A stretch of DNA of 64,000 nt from an uncultured virus (IMG/VR IMGVR_UViG_3300008116_000020) (Duplodnaviria > Heunggongvirae > Uroviricota > Caudoviricetes). The position numbers and the translations under genes are program-made. The stretch covers positions 1 to 64,000 of the IMG/VR virus record IMGVR_UViG_3300008116_000020; one strand, given 5' to 3'. The notes under the pieces are model-generated. The model did no database searches, was not told the DNA's origin, and saw only the letters and a program-made list of their open reading frames with translations. Shown in pieces: positions 47,170-56,554 of this stretch (the stretch's first letter is position 1; the number at the start of each line of letters is the position of its first letter).

Positions 47170-48585
47170 ATGAGTTACACACCTACAACCTGGGACTACA
47201 CAGTAAATTCAAAGAATGAAAAGATATATAAAGATCATATTTTAAATATTGTTCAAGAGAATTTATTAACCATTTCAAAGTTTATAGATGATTTTAGAGA
47301 TGACGCTCGTTATGATATAACTATTGTTCAAGATAATGTTAATGCTAAAACAGTTCATGATCCAAGTGTTTCAATTATCGGAATGTTTGTTTCTAAAATT
47401 ATTGAAGGACTTGGAGTTATATTTCCAGCTGGAACAGCGGCTGCTATAATAACAACTATTGCTTGTAAAATTATAAGTGGTATAATATCAACTTTAACCA
47501 CAGATAAATCAACTGATGTTTACAATAAAATCTTAGATGCTTCTAATGATTTAAGAGATGCTTTAGAACAAGTTTGTTTTGGTATTCAATTACAAATCGG
47601 TAGATGGCTTGATGATATGAGATCAAATTGGTTGGTTGAGTTTGAGTGCGATGGTAATAAATACCCTGAATTTAAAGGTAAAGTAAAATTAGCTGATTTT
47701 GCTGACACAGAAGAATACTTCCCTAAACCAGCATCGGCTGATTATATCTTGATGAGAGAAAAGTTAAGTAAAGATTCTAAATATGAATCAGCGTCAATAT
47801 TACTACCAGTTAGATGGAAAATAAGAGCTCATAGAGGATTTCCTGCTGATGGAATATCCAATTTTGTTAAAGGTTGGACAGTTTGTTTCTATAAAGTTAG
47901 AAACAGATCAACTTGGGATAAATGGCATTCAAGTCAAGAATTTCCTAATATCCCTAGTTACTTATCTGGAGATATTGAAGGTCCTTATGAATATACAGAG
48001 AAGGGTGATGATTCTACAAAACAAAGAATTATGGGTTGGGGTCAAGAGTATAAAGATTATCCTTGGTCAGATGGTCAACAATTTAGAGATTCGAGACAAT
48101 GGAATGGAACTCGATGGATGGGTATTTCTGGTAATAATAAGCTAGAGTTGGAAGATAATAAAAACCTTAAAAGTGGAACATCTTTTAAAGATTGTGTAGA
48201 TGATATATTAAATGGGTATTATAGTGGTTGGGAACAAAATACAAAAAATTATCTTCCTAAAACGCCGTCATATTATCTTTGGTATAAAACAAAAAGAAAT
48301 AATGAAAATATTGAAATAATCAATGATAGAAGAATTTGGACTTTAATGGGTAATGATTCTACAATAGATTGGGCTTATGACTCTTATGATATATTTCATT
48401 GGGGAAGAGCTTATAGAGGAATTACTTTTAATCACTATACATTAGTTGATCAAGATAGTAATTACGCACCAAGTGTTTTATGTAAATGGTTATTCATTGA
48501 TAATGGACATGGTAAAATCGTAAACGAACATGGAGTTGCTAATATGGAAGATGTTTATCACAAATGGAATTTAAAATTTGAATAA
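47170..48585 (+). CDS. hypothetical 471-aa protein with a hydrophobic helical hairpin and Trp-rich C-terminal region
   Basis: IIGMFVSKIIEGLGVIFPAGTAAAIITTIACKIISGIISTL segment. Confidence 0.6.
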   Translation: MSYTPTTWDYTVNSKNEKIYKDHILNIVQENLLTISKFIDDFRDDARYDITIVQDNVNAKTVHDPSVSIIGMFVSKIIEGLGVIFPAGTAAAIITTIACKIISGIISTLTTDKSTDVYNKILDASNDLRDALEQVCFGIQLQIGRWLDDMRSNWLVEFECDGNKYPEFKGKVKLADFADTEEYFPKPASADYILMREKLSKDSKYESASILLPVRWKIRAHRGFPADGISNFVKGWTVCFYKVRNRSTWDKWHSSQEFPNIPSYLSGDIEGPYEYTEKGDDSTKQRIMGWGQEYKDYPWSDGQQFRDSRQWNGTRWMGISGNNKLELEDNKNLKSGTSFKDCVDDILNGYYSGWEQNTKNYLPKTPSYYLWYKTKRNNENIEIINDRRIWTLMGNDSTIDWAYDSYDIFHWGRAYRGITFNHYTLVDQDSNYAPSVLCKWLFIDNGHGKIVNEHGVANMEDVYHKWNLKFE

Positions 48586-48586
48586 T

Positions 48587-48616
48587 AAAAAAACCCTCAA
48601 TTAAGAGGGTTTTTTT
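48587..48616. terminator. bidirectional intrinsic terminator
   Basis: AAAAAACCCTC-AATTAA-GAGGGTTTTTT between convergent genes. Confidence 0.75.
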
Positions 48617-49598
48617 ATTTAAAGAAATCTTTTATTTTATCAAGTTGTTTATTTAAAATTTGATCATTAACACAATCAATTATATATCTTAATGTTTCTT
48701 CTCTTGAATCGTCCATTTCACTTCTATCTTGTTCATCTATAATAAATTGAAGTCTAAGAAACTTATCTAGTGGTAATTGTTGGCATTCATAATCAACACA
48801 TTTTGATGATGCTTGTAGCATAACCGTTGAAATAGGAACAGCCCAATTTAAAGCTCCCCACTTTTTAATTGGTCGGTGCCACCATTTTCTTCTATACCCT
48901 AACTTTTCGGAATGGAATCCGGTTCCTAATGAAAGTAATTGAATATCCTCAACAGTTATATCTGGGTTTCCATATTTATATCTAAGTGTATCCGCAACAG
49001 CTGCCATGGCTGGATTGTTAATATAAATACCACCATCAACTAAAATTCTATCAACATCGTTATAGTTATATTCGAATGGTGATAAATATACAGGAGCCGC
49101 ACTTGTTGCTCTACAAACATCTTTTAGTGGTAGATCAAATCCATACTCATTAGTTCTTCTACTTTTAAACATAACAATTTCATTATGTATTATATCATAT
49201 GATGTGACAATTATTGGTTTAAGAACTTCTGATAGTCTTATATCACCAAAGTATTCAGATAATTGATCTTCTAAACCATTCTTTTTATATTTTGGTAAAA
49301 AAATTGATCTTATTCCTCTATATTTCTTTTTTAACCAAGTGTTTTGTTTTGGGAATATTTTATTACCATTGGTGTTGTAAAGATCTATTAGTTTATCAAC
49401 TGTTAATACTGGTTTTCCATTTTTTGCCGCGGTTAATCCACATGCTATTATACCACCAGTTGATGTACCAACTATCAAATCAAATAGTTCATAAATTCTT
49501 TTACCAGTTATATCTTCAATTCTCTTCAGAATAATTAATTCTGCTAATCCTCTCAAGCCTCCACCATCTAAGGATAAAATTTTAAACTTCTTTTTCAT
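48615..49598 (-). CDS. patatin-like phospholipase
   Basis: LSLDGGGLRG, GTSTG, ATSAAP, VDGG..NNP and LSLGTG motifs. Confidence 0.92.
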   Translation of the reverse strand: MKKKFKILSLDGGGLRGLAELIILKRIEDITGKRIYELFDLIVGTSTGGIIACGLTAAKNGKPVLTVDKLIDLYNTNGNKIFPKQNTWLKKKYRGIRSIFLPKYKKNGLEDQLSEYFGDIRLSEVLKPIIVTSYDIIHNEIVMFKSRRTNEYGFDLPLKDVCRATSAAPVYLSPFEYNYNDVDRILVDGGIYINNPAMAAVADTLRYKYGNPDITVEDIQLLSLGTGFHSEKLGYRRKWWHRPIKKWGALNWAVPISTVMLQASSKCVDYECQQLPLDKFLRLQFIIDEQDRSEMDDSREETLRYIIDCVNDQILNKQLDKIKDFFK

Positions 49599-49651
49599 AA
49601 AATTATATATAAATAATTTACTTTTTCATATTTATTTTATAGTTTTGTATT

Positions 49652-49966
49652 ATGAGAGATCGTGCTTGGAGAAGATCAACTTATGAGAAAGTCACACTCA
49701 GAAGATTGAGAGAAAATTTGTATAAATCTTGGTGGTATTATAAAGATGCCAATGGGTATTATATACAAAATGCGGTCTTGCCTGATTATATAGGAACTGA
49801 GTATCATCGTAGTAAGAGATATATCGGTAACTATGGTAAAGATAAATATTCTCCAAATAAAAGTAATAGAAGAAAAAGTTTTCCAAGACCTGGAGATACA
49901 CCAAATACAAGAGAATGGAATAAGAGATATCTATTAAAAATATTAAAAGAAAATGGAATTAAGTGA
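49652..49966 (+). CDS. basic hypothetical protein
   Basis: ORF after a TAGTTTTG element. Confidence 0.5.
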   Translation: MRDRAWRRSTYEKVTLRRLRENLYKSWWYYKDANGYYIQNAVLPDYIGTEYHRSKRYIGNYGKDKYSPNKSNRRKSFPRPGDTPNTREWNKRYLLKILKENGIK

Positions 49967-50501
49967 TTTAATACCAAGAAAACCAGGATATTCTATAAGT
50001 GGAGATATTCTACATTTTAAGAAATTGATCAATATACCTATTTGTTATATTGATACTTATGATGTTGCTTATGTTTTCTTAGATATGAGAATAAAGAAAG
50101 AAGTAATTAGATTTGTTCAACATTTAATGAAAATTGGAATTGAATTTTATTTTGCTTATCCAGATAGTGCTAATCCATCGGGTGTTTTAAACTATAAGGA
50201 GAAAGTAATCTATCACTATTTAATTATCTATTTAGGTATCTTTGAACACGAAAGTAATGATAGAAGTTTATATCTTGGTTTAGAAAGAGTAGGTCTTGAT
50301 TATTTTAAAAACTTAGTTAATTGGTGTTTAAAAGAAGATTGTTTACCAGTTTTGAAAAAGATTTACGATGAATTAAAACCAAAAGTTGAAGCTAATTTTT
50401 ACGATTGGTATTCAAAAGATAAAAGATATAATTATACTGATGAAGTTAGAGAAGATTATAAAACACTTTGGAGAGAAATACAACTTAATATGATATTATA
50501 A
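49953..50501 (+). CDS. hypothetical protein with REIQLNMIL tag variant
   Basis: ORF with a variant of the shared tag. Confidence 0.55.
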   Translation: MELSDLIPRKPGYSISGDILHFKKLINIPICYIDTYDVAYVFLDMRIKKEVIRFVQHLMKIGIEFYFAYPDSANPSGVLNYKEKVIYHYLIIYLGIFEHESNDRSLYLGLERVGLDYFKNLVNWCLKEDCLPVLKKIYDELKPKVEANFYDWYSKDKRYNYTDEVREDYKTLWREIQLNMIL

Positions 50502-50529
50502 AAAAACCCACCAAATTTGGTGGGTTTTT
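50499..50529. terminator. bidirectional intrinsic terminator
   Basis: AAAAACCCACCAAA-TTTGGTGGGTTTTT. Confidence 0.75.
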
Positions 50530-50547
50530 ATTTTGTTATTTTTCTAA

Positions 50548-51030
50548 TTAAGAAATTTTAACAGTTCTGTAATTAGTATTAGAAACACTTTTAGGGATCA
50601 TAATTGTTAAGATACCATTATCATACTTAGCTCTTGTTTCAGATGTTTCTGCGTTATTAGGAATATTAAATTCTCTTGTAAAAGAAGAATAGTTATATTC
50701 TCTGTATGAATAATTTGTAGGTCTTTCTGATTTATTTTCAGTAGCTTTAACAGTTAAAGTTTGATACATACTGTTGTTTGAGTAAGCAACCTCAAAAGAT
50801 TCTTTTGTGTAACCAGGTGCTGCGATTTCAAATACGTAACTATCAGAAGTTTCATAAGTGTTAACACTTGGTGTAGTTGGTGTGTAGTTTACCCAGTTAG
50901 TAACTGTGTTTAATGCTGGGTTGTTTGTGAATGGTGCTACATTCCACAATGAAAATGGAGTTTCAAGTAGAATAGAATTAGTGTTGTTAGTGTTTTCCCA
51001 GTTGAATGGGAAGTTGTTAGGTTTGTTCAT
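50548..51030 (-). CDS. small heat shock protein (Hsp20/alpha-crystallin)
   Basis: PSVNTYET, EIAAPG, REYNYSSFTREF.IP and AKYDNGILTIMIPK motifs. Confidence 0.9.
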   Translation of the reverse strand: MNKPNNFPFNWENTNNTNSILLETPFSLWNVAPFTNNPALNTVTNWVNYTPTTPSVNTYETSDSYVFEIAAPGYTKESFEVAYSNNSMYQTLTVKATENKSERPTNYSYREYNYSSFTREFNIPNNAETSETRAKYDNGILTIMIPKSVSNTNYRTVKIS

Positions 51031-51140
51031 TTATTAGATTTATTTTTTATTTTATATTATTGATAATTAAAATAGTTTAAAAACTATAAAACATAATAAC
51101 ATATTTATACTATATACATTATAAAAAATAATAACATGGA

Positions 51141-52112
51141 ATGTTAGTAGATTTAATTATTGATGGTAACTATATTTTAAGTCGTTTAGTTTTTACTTTA
51201 CACAAAAATAATTTACTTTATGGTGCTTTACACCAATCATTAGAAAACACAATAAGAAATTACAGAAAATGGTTTCCTTTTGCGAACGTTTATTTAGTTT
51301 CTGACTCTAAAGAAAAATCTTGGAGAAAACAAATTATAAGTGAATATAAAGCCACTAGAAAAAAAGATTCAGATATAGATTGGAATTTTGTTTATCAAAC
51401 ATATGGAGAATTTAAAGAAGAGATTAAATCAATCTCTAAAATTTTAGAAGCACCTCACGTAGAAGGTGATGACTGGATTTCTTTTTTAGTTGAAAAGGCA
51501 AACTCAGAAGGTCGTTCAACTGTGATTGTATCAAATGACTATGATATTAAACAGATAGTTAATTTTGGTGTTGATCCTTTATACATTAATATTATGACTA
51601 ATGAAATGTATAATAAAGAAAAACTTTTCTTACCTAAAAACTATCAAATATTTTTAAACAAGTTATCTAAATTACCAAATGATGATATTTTTGATCTAAA
51701 TGATAATAGTGAGTTTATTGGACTTTTGAATAGATTTCTTAATAAATATGAGATTAATGAAATTAACTCAACAGAATCATTAATTATTAAGATTATATCA
51801 GGTGATACATCTGATAATATTGAATCTGTTTGGTCACAAGTTAAAAATGGTAAGAAAAGAGGAATTGGTGCGAAAGGCGCGAAAACTATTTATGATCAGT
51901 ATATATCAGAGTTTGGTGAAGTAAATTTAAAAGATCCAGATTTATATGAGAATATAGCGGACTTAATTTGTGAGAAAAAGAAATTAAGTAAAACTAAAAT
52001 TGAAGATATAGTTGATAATATTAAAAGTAATATGAAACTAATTGATCTTAGAATAAATAACTTACCAACAGATATTGTTGATAAAATGTATAATGTTTAT
52101 GATAAAATTTGA
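51141..52112 (+). CDS. 5'-3' exonuclease (T4 RNase H / FEN-like)
   Basis: IIDGN, SWRK...YKATRK, EGDDWI, VSNDYD and GDTSDNI motifs. Confidence 0.88.
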   Translation: MLVDLIIDGNYILSRLVFTLHKNNLLYGALHQSLENTIRNYRKWFPFANVYLVSDSKEKSWRKQIISEYKATRKKDSDIDWNFVYQTYGEFKEEIKSISKILEAPHVEGDDWISFLVEKANSEGRSTVIVSNDYDIKQIVNFGVDPLYINIMTNEMYNKEKLFLPKNYQIFLNKLSKLPNDDIFDLNDNSEFIGLLNRFLNKYEINEINSTESLIIKIISGDTSDNIESVWSQVKNGKKRGIGAKGAKTIYDQYISEFGEVNLKDPDLYENIADLICEKKKLSKTKIEDIVDNIKSNMKLIDLRINNLPTDIVDKMYNVYDKI

Positions 52113-52596
52113 TTTTGATAAAGCTATTTCAAAATGGTCTCCTGTAATAGAGAATACCATAATGAAACACAAATATACTTATTGTAGAGATTTAATTGAA
52201 TCAATAAGTATATTTTGTGAATGGTTTTCTCGGAATGAAGATCAAAAAATTAATCAATATAATCAATATGCCAGTACTTGTACTACATTAGGTCAGATAC
52301 CTAATGGTACACCGGGTAGTGGTGATTATGAAAATCCATTACCAGGTAAGCTTAAAGATATTTATGAAAAATTAAAATCAATTGATCTTAGAGTTGAAAT
52401 AGTTGGTGAGTATTTGAATATGGCAACTGGACAAGTTGAATATAAATTAGCTGATGGTAGGTATATACCAAAAGATTTTAAAAACTTTAAACCATCAGAG
52501 GATATTTATTTACAAGTTTTCGATCATGATTTCCTAACTTTTTGGAAACCGGATATTATAAGAGATTGGAAACTTAATAATATTTTAAATGGCTGA
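52099..52596 (+). CDS. hypothetical protein with RDWKLNNILNG tag
   Basis: likely start MIKFDF; KWSPVIE...GSGD segment. Confidence 0.55.
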   Translation: MIKFDFDKAISKWSPVIENTIMKHKYTYCRDLIESISIFCEWFSRNEDQKINQYNQYASTCTTLGQIPNGTPGSGDYENPLPGKLKDIYEKLKSIDLRVEIVGEYLNMATGQVEYKLADGRYIPKDFKNFKPSEDIYLQVFDHDFLTFWKPDIIRDWKLNNILNG

Positions 52597-52990
52597 GATA
52601 ACTGATATTGCTAGAGCAATTTTTCAAAAAAGAAGTGAATGGTCAAATATAACGGATGAAGATAAAATCAAGTGGTTTTTTATATTCAATCGATATTTTT
52701 CTAAAATTTACCCTGATAAAGCACAACTTTTAAATCTAAAGAATATAGACAAAGTAATGGCTATGGATATTTGGTATCATTTTATGAAAACTGAGCCTTA
52801 TCCAGATAATTTTTGGAGTAAGACACCCAAAGTTGAAAAAGATATTCCAGATAAAGATTGGAAGATGCTTAAAAAACATCTTAAAGTAAAAGAAGAAGAT
52901 TTAGATTACTTAATCAATAAATTTCCAGATTTTATAAAAGAAGAGTTAAGTTATTTAAAGAAATTAGAAAAAGAATTTAAAAACAAATAA
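52589..52990 (+). CDS. hypothetical protein, possibly clamp-loader small subunit (gp62)-like
   Basis: FFIFNRYFS...AQLLN pattern and replication-gene context; weak support. Confidence 0.3.
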   Translation: MAEITDIARAIFQKRSEWSNITDEDKIKWFFIFNRYFSKIYPDKAQLLNLKNIDKVMAMDIWYHFMKTEPYPDNFWSKTPKVEKDIPDKDWKMLKKHLKVKEEDLDYLINKFPDFIKEELSYLKKLEKEFKNK

Positions 52991-52995
52991 TAGTT

Positions 52996-53553
52996 ATGGT
53001 TACAATAGAGAAAAAAACTAAAACAAATTGGTACGTAGTTAGAACAGCTACAAATAAAGAAAAATCAGTTGCTGAGAAAATTCAAAAGCAATCTGAGACA
53101 GGTGATCTTATGAATAAGGTTAGTCAAGTTATTGTTCCAACCGAAACATCATTTTATCTTAAAAATGGTAAAAAGGTTAAACGTGAGAAGGTTAAATTCC
53201 CAGGTTATATCTTTGTTCAAACAAACGCAATTGGTGAGTTAAAATACTTCTTAAAAGGTACAAATGGTGCTGGTGGGTTCTTAACCAACAGAGCGGGTGA
53301 TGTAGTTCCTCTTTCAAATGCTGAAGTTAGTAGAATGATTGGTGAGTATGAAGAATCTAAAATTGAGAAACCAGAAGAAATGAGTAAATATTTACCAGGA
53401 GAAGAAGTTACTATTTTAGATGGTCCTTTTTCTAACTTTAATGGTAAAGTTGAGTCAGTTAAAGGTGATAAAGTTAAGGTTGAAGTTTCTATCTTTGGAA
53501 GAGTTAATCTAATTGAATTGGGTACACTTCAAATTGATAAAAAGAGAGATTAA
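52996..53553 (+). CDS. nusG: transcription elongation/antitermination factor NusG
   Basis: WYVVRTATNKE, FPGYIFV; KOW motif GEEVTILDGPFSNFNGKV; VSIFGR. Confidence 0.93.
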   Translation: MVTIEKKTKTNWYVVRTATNKEKSVAEKIQKQSETGDLMNKVSQVIVPTETSFYLKNGKKVKREKVKFPGYIFVQTNAIGELKYFLKGTNGAGGFLTNRAGDVVPLSNAEVSRMIGEYEESKIEKPEEMSKYLPGEEVTILDGPFSNFNGKVESVKGDKVKVEVSIFGRVNLIELGTLQIDKKRD

Positions 53554-53894
53554 TTATAAAGAAATTTTTCATATTTTTCTTCATCTTTTAAATTAATTTC
53601 CATTACAGTTTCTTTTAATGGTGTTGTGAAAGTTACTATAACATAAGTTAGGTAATCTGTTTCAACACCATTTAATAATTCATCTAATAAAATATCTCTT
53701 TCGGAATCTTTATCTAATCTTTCACCAGTATCAATCCTTAAATTAATTTTCCAAGGTAATCTTTTATTAACATAACTAATAACAGATGTTTTGTAAACAT
53801 TTGGCTGTCTCATTTGTCTTTTAAATAAGAATAAAGAAAATATTACTATTCTAGTTATGTATTGGTGATAAACTTGATTAACATCTAATTTCAT
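53550..53894 (-). CDS. hypothetical protein (internal RDILLDELLNG)
   Basis: ORF with an internal copy of the tag. Confidence 0.5.
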   Translation of the reverse strand: MKLDVNQVYHQYITRIVIFSLFLFKRQMRQPNVYKTSVISYVNKRLPWKINLRIDTGERLDKDSERDILLDELLNGVETDYLTYVIVTFTTPLKETVMEINLKDEEKYEKFLYN

Positions 53895-54078
53895 AGCTTA
53901 TTTATTAAACTATTTACCTTCTGTTTTATCAATTTTGATCAATTTGAAAAGTCTTGGATAGTAAATATTTTGTTTTTAGTTTCATAATCAATAGTTTATA
54001 TATTATCTAATAATAATAATTATTTCGGGAAGCTTTGATTTTACTAAAAAAATGGTTATTATTGTAAAAATTTTTTTT

Positions 54079-54612
54079 ATGGCAAGAAGTTCGGAAAAAT
54101 GGGAACACCAATTTATAATAGCAAAGACCCTATTAGAGTCAATGGAGCCTTATAAGGATAATGATGATTTGATTAGATCTTTTTGTGTTGGGTTGAGAAA
54201 TCCAATTGTTTTTGATAATCAAGTTACTGAAGCTTATCACTTTCTACCTTATAAATTAGAAGAATATGAAAATGTTAAAGGTCCTCTTACAGAAGATCAT
54301 TTAATCGGTATTAGTAATATAGTTCTTTATATCTTTAAAAATGAAATCTATAAAAGATGGAATACAGTTGAAGATTTTAAAAGAACTTTAAAAGCATTCC
54401 AAGTTTTACTTACAGTACCAAAGGCATTAAACGATAAAGGTTCTTATAAACATGGTTGGCAATTTAATGTTGATAATATTAACGAATGTATAAGTTGGGA
54501 TGTTAAACTTAAAAATGAGAATATTAACTACCTAATTGATGAATCTGGTAATCAAGTCTCTGTTGATGATGTTTGGAATGAATGGTATCAACAATACTCT
54601 GACTTTTTGTAA
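54079..54612 (+). CDS. hypothetical protein
   Basis: likely start MARSSEKW; LTEDHLIG...LN pattern faintly HNH-like. Confidence 0.5.
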   Translation: MARSSEKWEHQFIIAKTLLESMEPYKDNDDLIRSFCVGLRNPIVFDNQVTEAYHFLPYKLEEYENVKGPLTEDHLIGISNIVLYIFKNEIYKRWNTVEDFKRTLKAFQVLLTVPKALNDKGSYKHGWQFNVDNINECISWDVKLKNENINYLIDESGNQVSVDDVWNEWYQQYSDFL

Positions 54613-54642
54613 ACAAAACTAGTTTTTAGTTATAAAATAGAC

Positions 54643-54855
54643 ATGTATAAAGAAATAGATGTTGATTTCATAGAATTCTATGTTAAGAAAAAATATAATC
54701 AAAATTTAGACAAATATTTTGAAGTTTCTAGACCCGCTCTATCCGTTTGGAGAAAAAATGGAATTCCACAAATTCGCGTAGATGAATTTATGAGAAGAGA
54801 AAAATCTTTTGATATTATTGAATTATTTTCAAGAATTTATAAAAGGGAGAGTTAA
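54643..54855 (+). CDS. small HTH-like protein
   Basis: YFEVSRPALSVWRKNGIP. Confidence 0.5.
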   Translation: MYKEIDVDFIEFYVKKKYNQNLDKYFEVSRPALSVWRKNGIPQIRVDEFMRREKSFDIIELFSRIYKRES

Positions 54856-54889
54856 CAATTTTATATATAATTATAAAATTGTTAATCTT

Positions 54890-55669
54890 ATGAAAGTATG
54901 TAGTAAATGTGGATTAGAAAAAGATTTTAGTGAGTATCATAAATTTAAACATTCAAAAGATGGTTTAAAGTCACAATGTAAAGTTTGTATTCTTTTAAAA
55001 GAGAAAGAAAGAAGATCAACAGATGAATATAAATTAAATCAAAAAGAATATAATCAATCAATTCCAAAAGAAATTAAAAAATCAAATAGAAGAAAACACT
55101 ATTTAAAAAACATAGAAAAAATATCCGAACAAAATAAAAAATATAGAGAAGATAACAAGGAATATTTTATTGAATATAATAAAAAATATAGAGAGGATAA
55201 CAAAGAAAAAATATCTGATAAAAGTAAAAAATATAGAGAGAATAACAAAGAATCTATTAAAGTATGGAGGGAAAATAATCCTGATAAAATTAAAGGATAT
55301 AGAGAAAAATATTCAAAATCGGAATCTTGTAAAGAGCACCGAAAAAATTGGTATAGATCTATAAAAAAAAGAAGTCCACATGTTCTGGCTTGGCGTACAA
55401 TATTAAATAATACATTAAAAAGATTTGGTAAACAAAAAGAAGATGAAACTATTAAACTTCTTGGATATTCTGCTATACAATTAAAGGAATATATCGAAAG
55501 TTTATTTACAGAAGGTATGAGTTGGGACAATTATGGTGAGTGGCATATAGATCATATAAAACCAGTTTCATCATATGACTCAGATACACCAGTTGATGTT
55601 GTAAATTCTCTTGAAAATTTACAACCCTTATGGGCTTTTGATAATCTAAGTAAAGGAAATAAAATATAA
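54890..55669 (+). CDS. HNH homing endonuclease
   Basis: MKVCSKCG, KKYREDNKE repeats, WHIDHIKP and NLQPLWAFDNLSKGNK motifs. Confidence 0.88.
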   Translation: MKVCSKCGLEKDFSEYHKFKHSKDGLKSQCKVCILLKEKERRSTDEYKLNQKEYNQSIPKEIKKSNRRKHYLKNIEKISEQNKKYREDNKEYFIEYNKKYREDNKEKISDKSKKYRENNKESIKVWRENNPDKIKGYREKYSKSESCKEHRKNWYRSIKKRSPHVLAWRTILNNTLKRFGKQKEDETIKLLGYSAIQLKEYIESLFTEGMSWDNYGEWHIDHIKPVSSYDSDTPVDVVNSLENLQPLWAFDNLSKGNKI

Positions 55670-55687
55670 AAAATAATTCAAATAAAA

Positions 55688-56554
55688 ATGATTTCATACA
55701 TGGGAGCCAAAGGCGGCGCAATGGGTAAGTGGATTGAAGAATTTATACCAAAAGATATAAAAATATTTTCAGAACCATTTAGTGGTATGTTTAACGTATA
55801 TTTAACAATGGATTTAGATAAATATACAAACTTAGAAAAAGTAATTTATAATGATTTTAATGTATTAAATGCCAATATATTTGCATGTGCTAGAAATTAT
55901 AAAAAATTTTATTCATATTTAGAAAAACAAGAATGTCAACAAAAAAGAATTGATAACTCTCCAACAGATTCAAAATTTAAGGAATGGTTTAATCAGTATC
56001 AAAAAGAGATATTTACTAATCAACCAAAATTAGATATGGATAATCCAGATTATGAGAGTGCTGTTAAATACTCGTATGTATTATCCCAAGTTTTTTCGGG
56101 TTCTAAACCAGAAACTAGTTCATTTATAGATTTAAAAGGTAAGTATAATTGTAAGTTTGAATCATTCAGAAAAAAAATGAATGGTACTAACCACGGAAAA
56201 AGTATATTAAAACATCTTGATGGTATTACAAATGTTGAAAGTATGGACTTTGAAGATTTGATGTTAAAATATGATAGTCCAGAAACTTATTTTTATTTAG
56301 ATCCTCCGTATTATAACTGTGAAACATATTATAGCAATCATGAATTTGGGTTGCAAACACATAAGAGGTTAGCTGATTGTATTAAAAAGTTAAAGGCTAA
56401 ATGGTCTCTATCTTATTACTACTTCCCAGAATTAGAAGAGTGGTTTCCAAAAGATAAGTACCGCTGGGAAGAAAAAGAATTTAATAAAATATCAGGTGCT
56501 AAAAAAGGTCAAGAAACCAAAAAGGGTACTGAACTTTTAATTATGAATTACTAA
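55688..56554 (+). CDS. DNA adenine methyltransferase (Dam / D12 class)
   Basis: SYMGAK, EPFSG, YNDFN, FYLDPPYY and ELLIMNY motifs. Confidence 0.9.
   Translation: MISYMGAKGGAMGKWIEEFIPKDIKIFSEPFSGMFNVYLTMDLDKYTNLEKVIYNDFNVLNANIFACARNYKKFYSYLEKQECQQKRIDNSPTDSKFKEWFNQYQKEIFTNQPKLDMDNPDYESAVKYSYVLSQVFSGSKPETSSFIDLKGKYNCKFESFRKKMNGTNHGKSILKHLDGITNVESMDFEDLMLKYDSPETYFYLDPPYYNCETYYSNHEFGLQTHKRLADCIKKLKAKWSLSYYYFPELEEWFPKDKYRWEEKEFNKISGAKKGQETKKGTELLIMNY

Noticed and set aside
48615..49598. CBASS operon
   Set aside because: No adjacent CD-NTase or cap genes; the nucleotidyltransferase-like ORF at 37850 is distant and too small to support this
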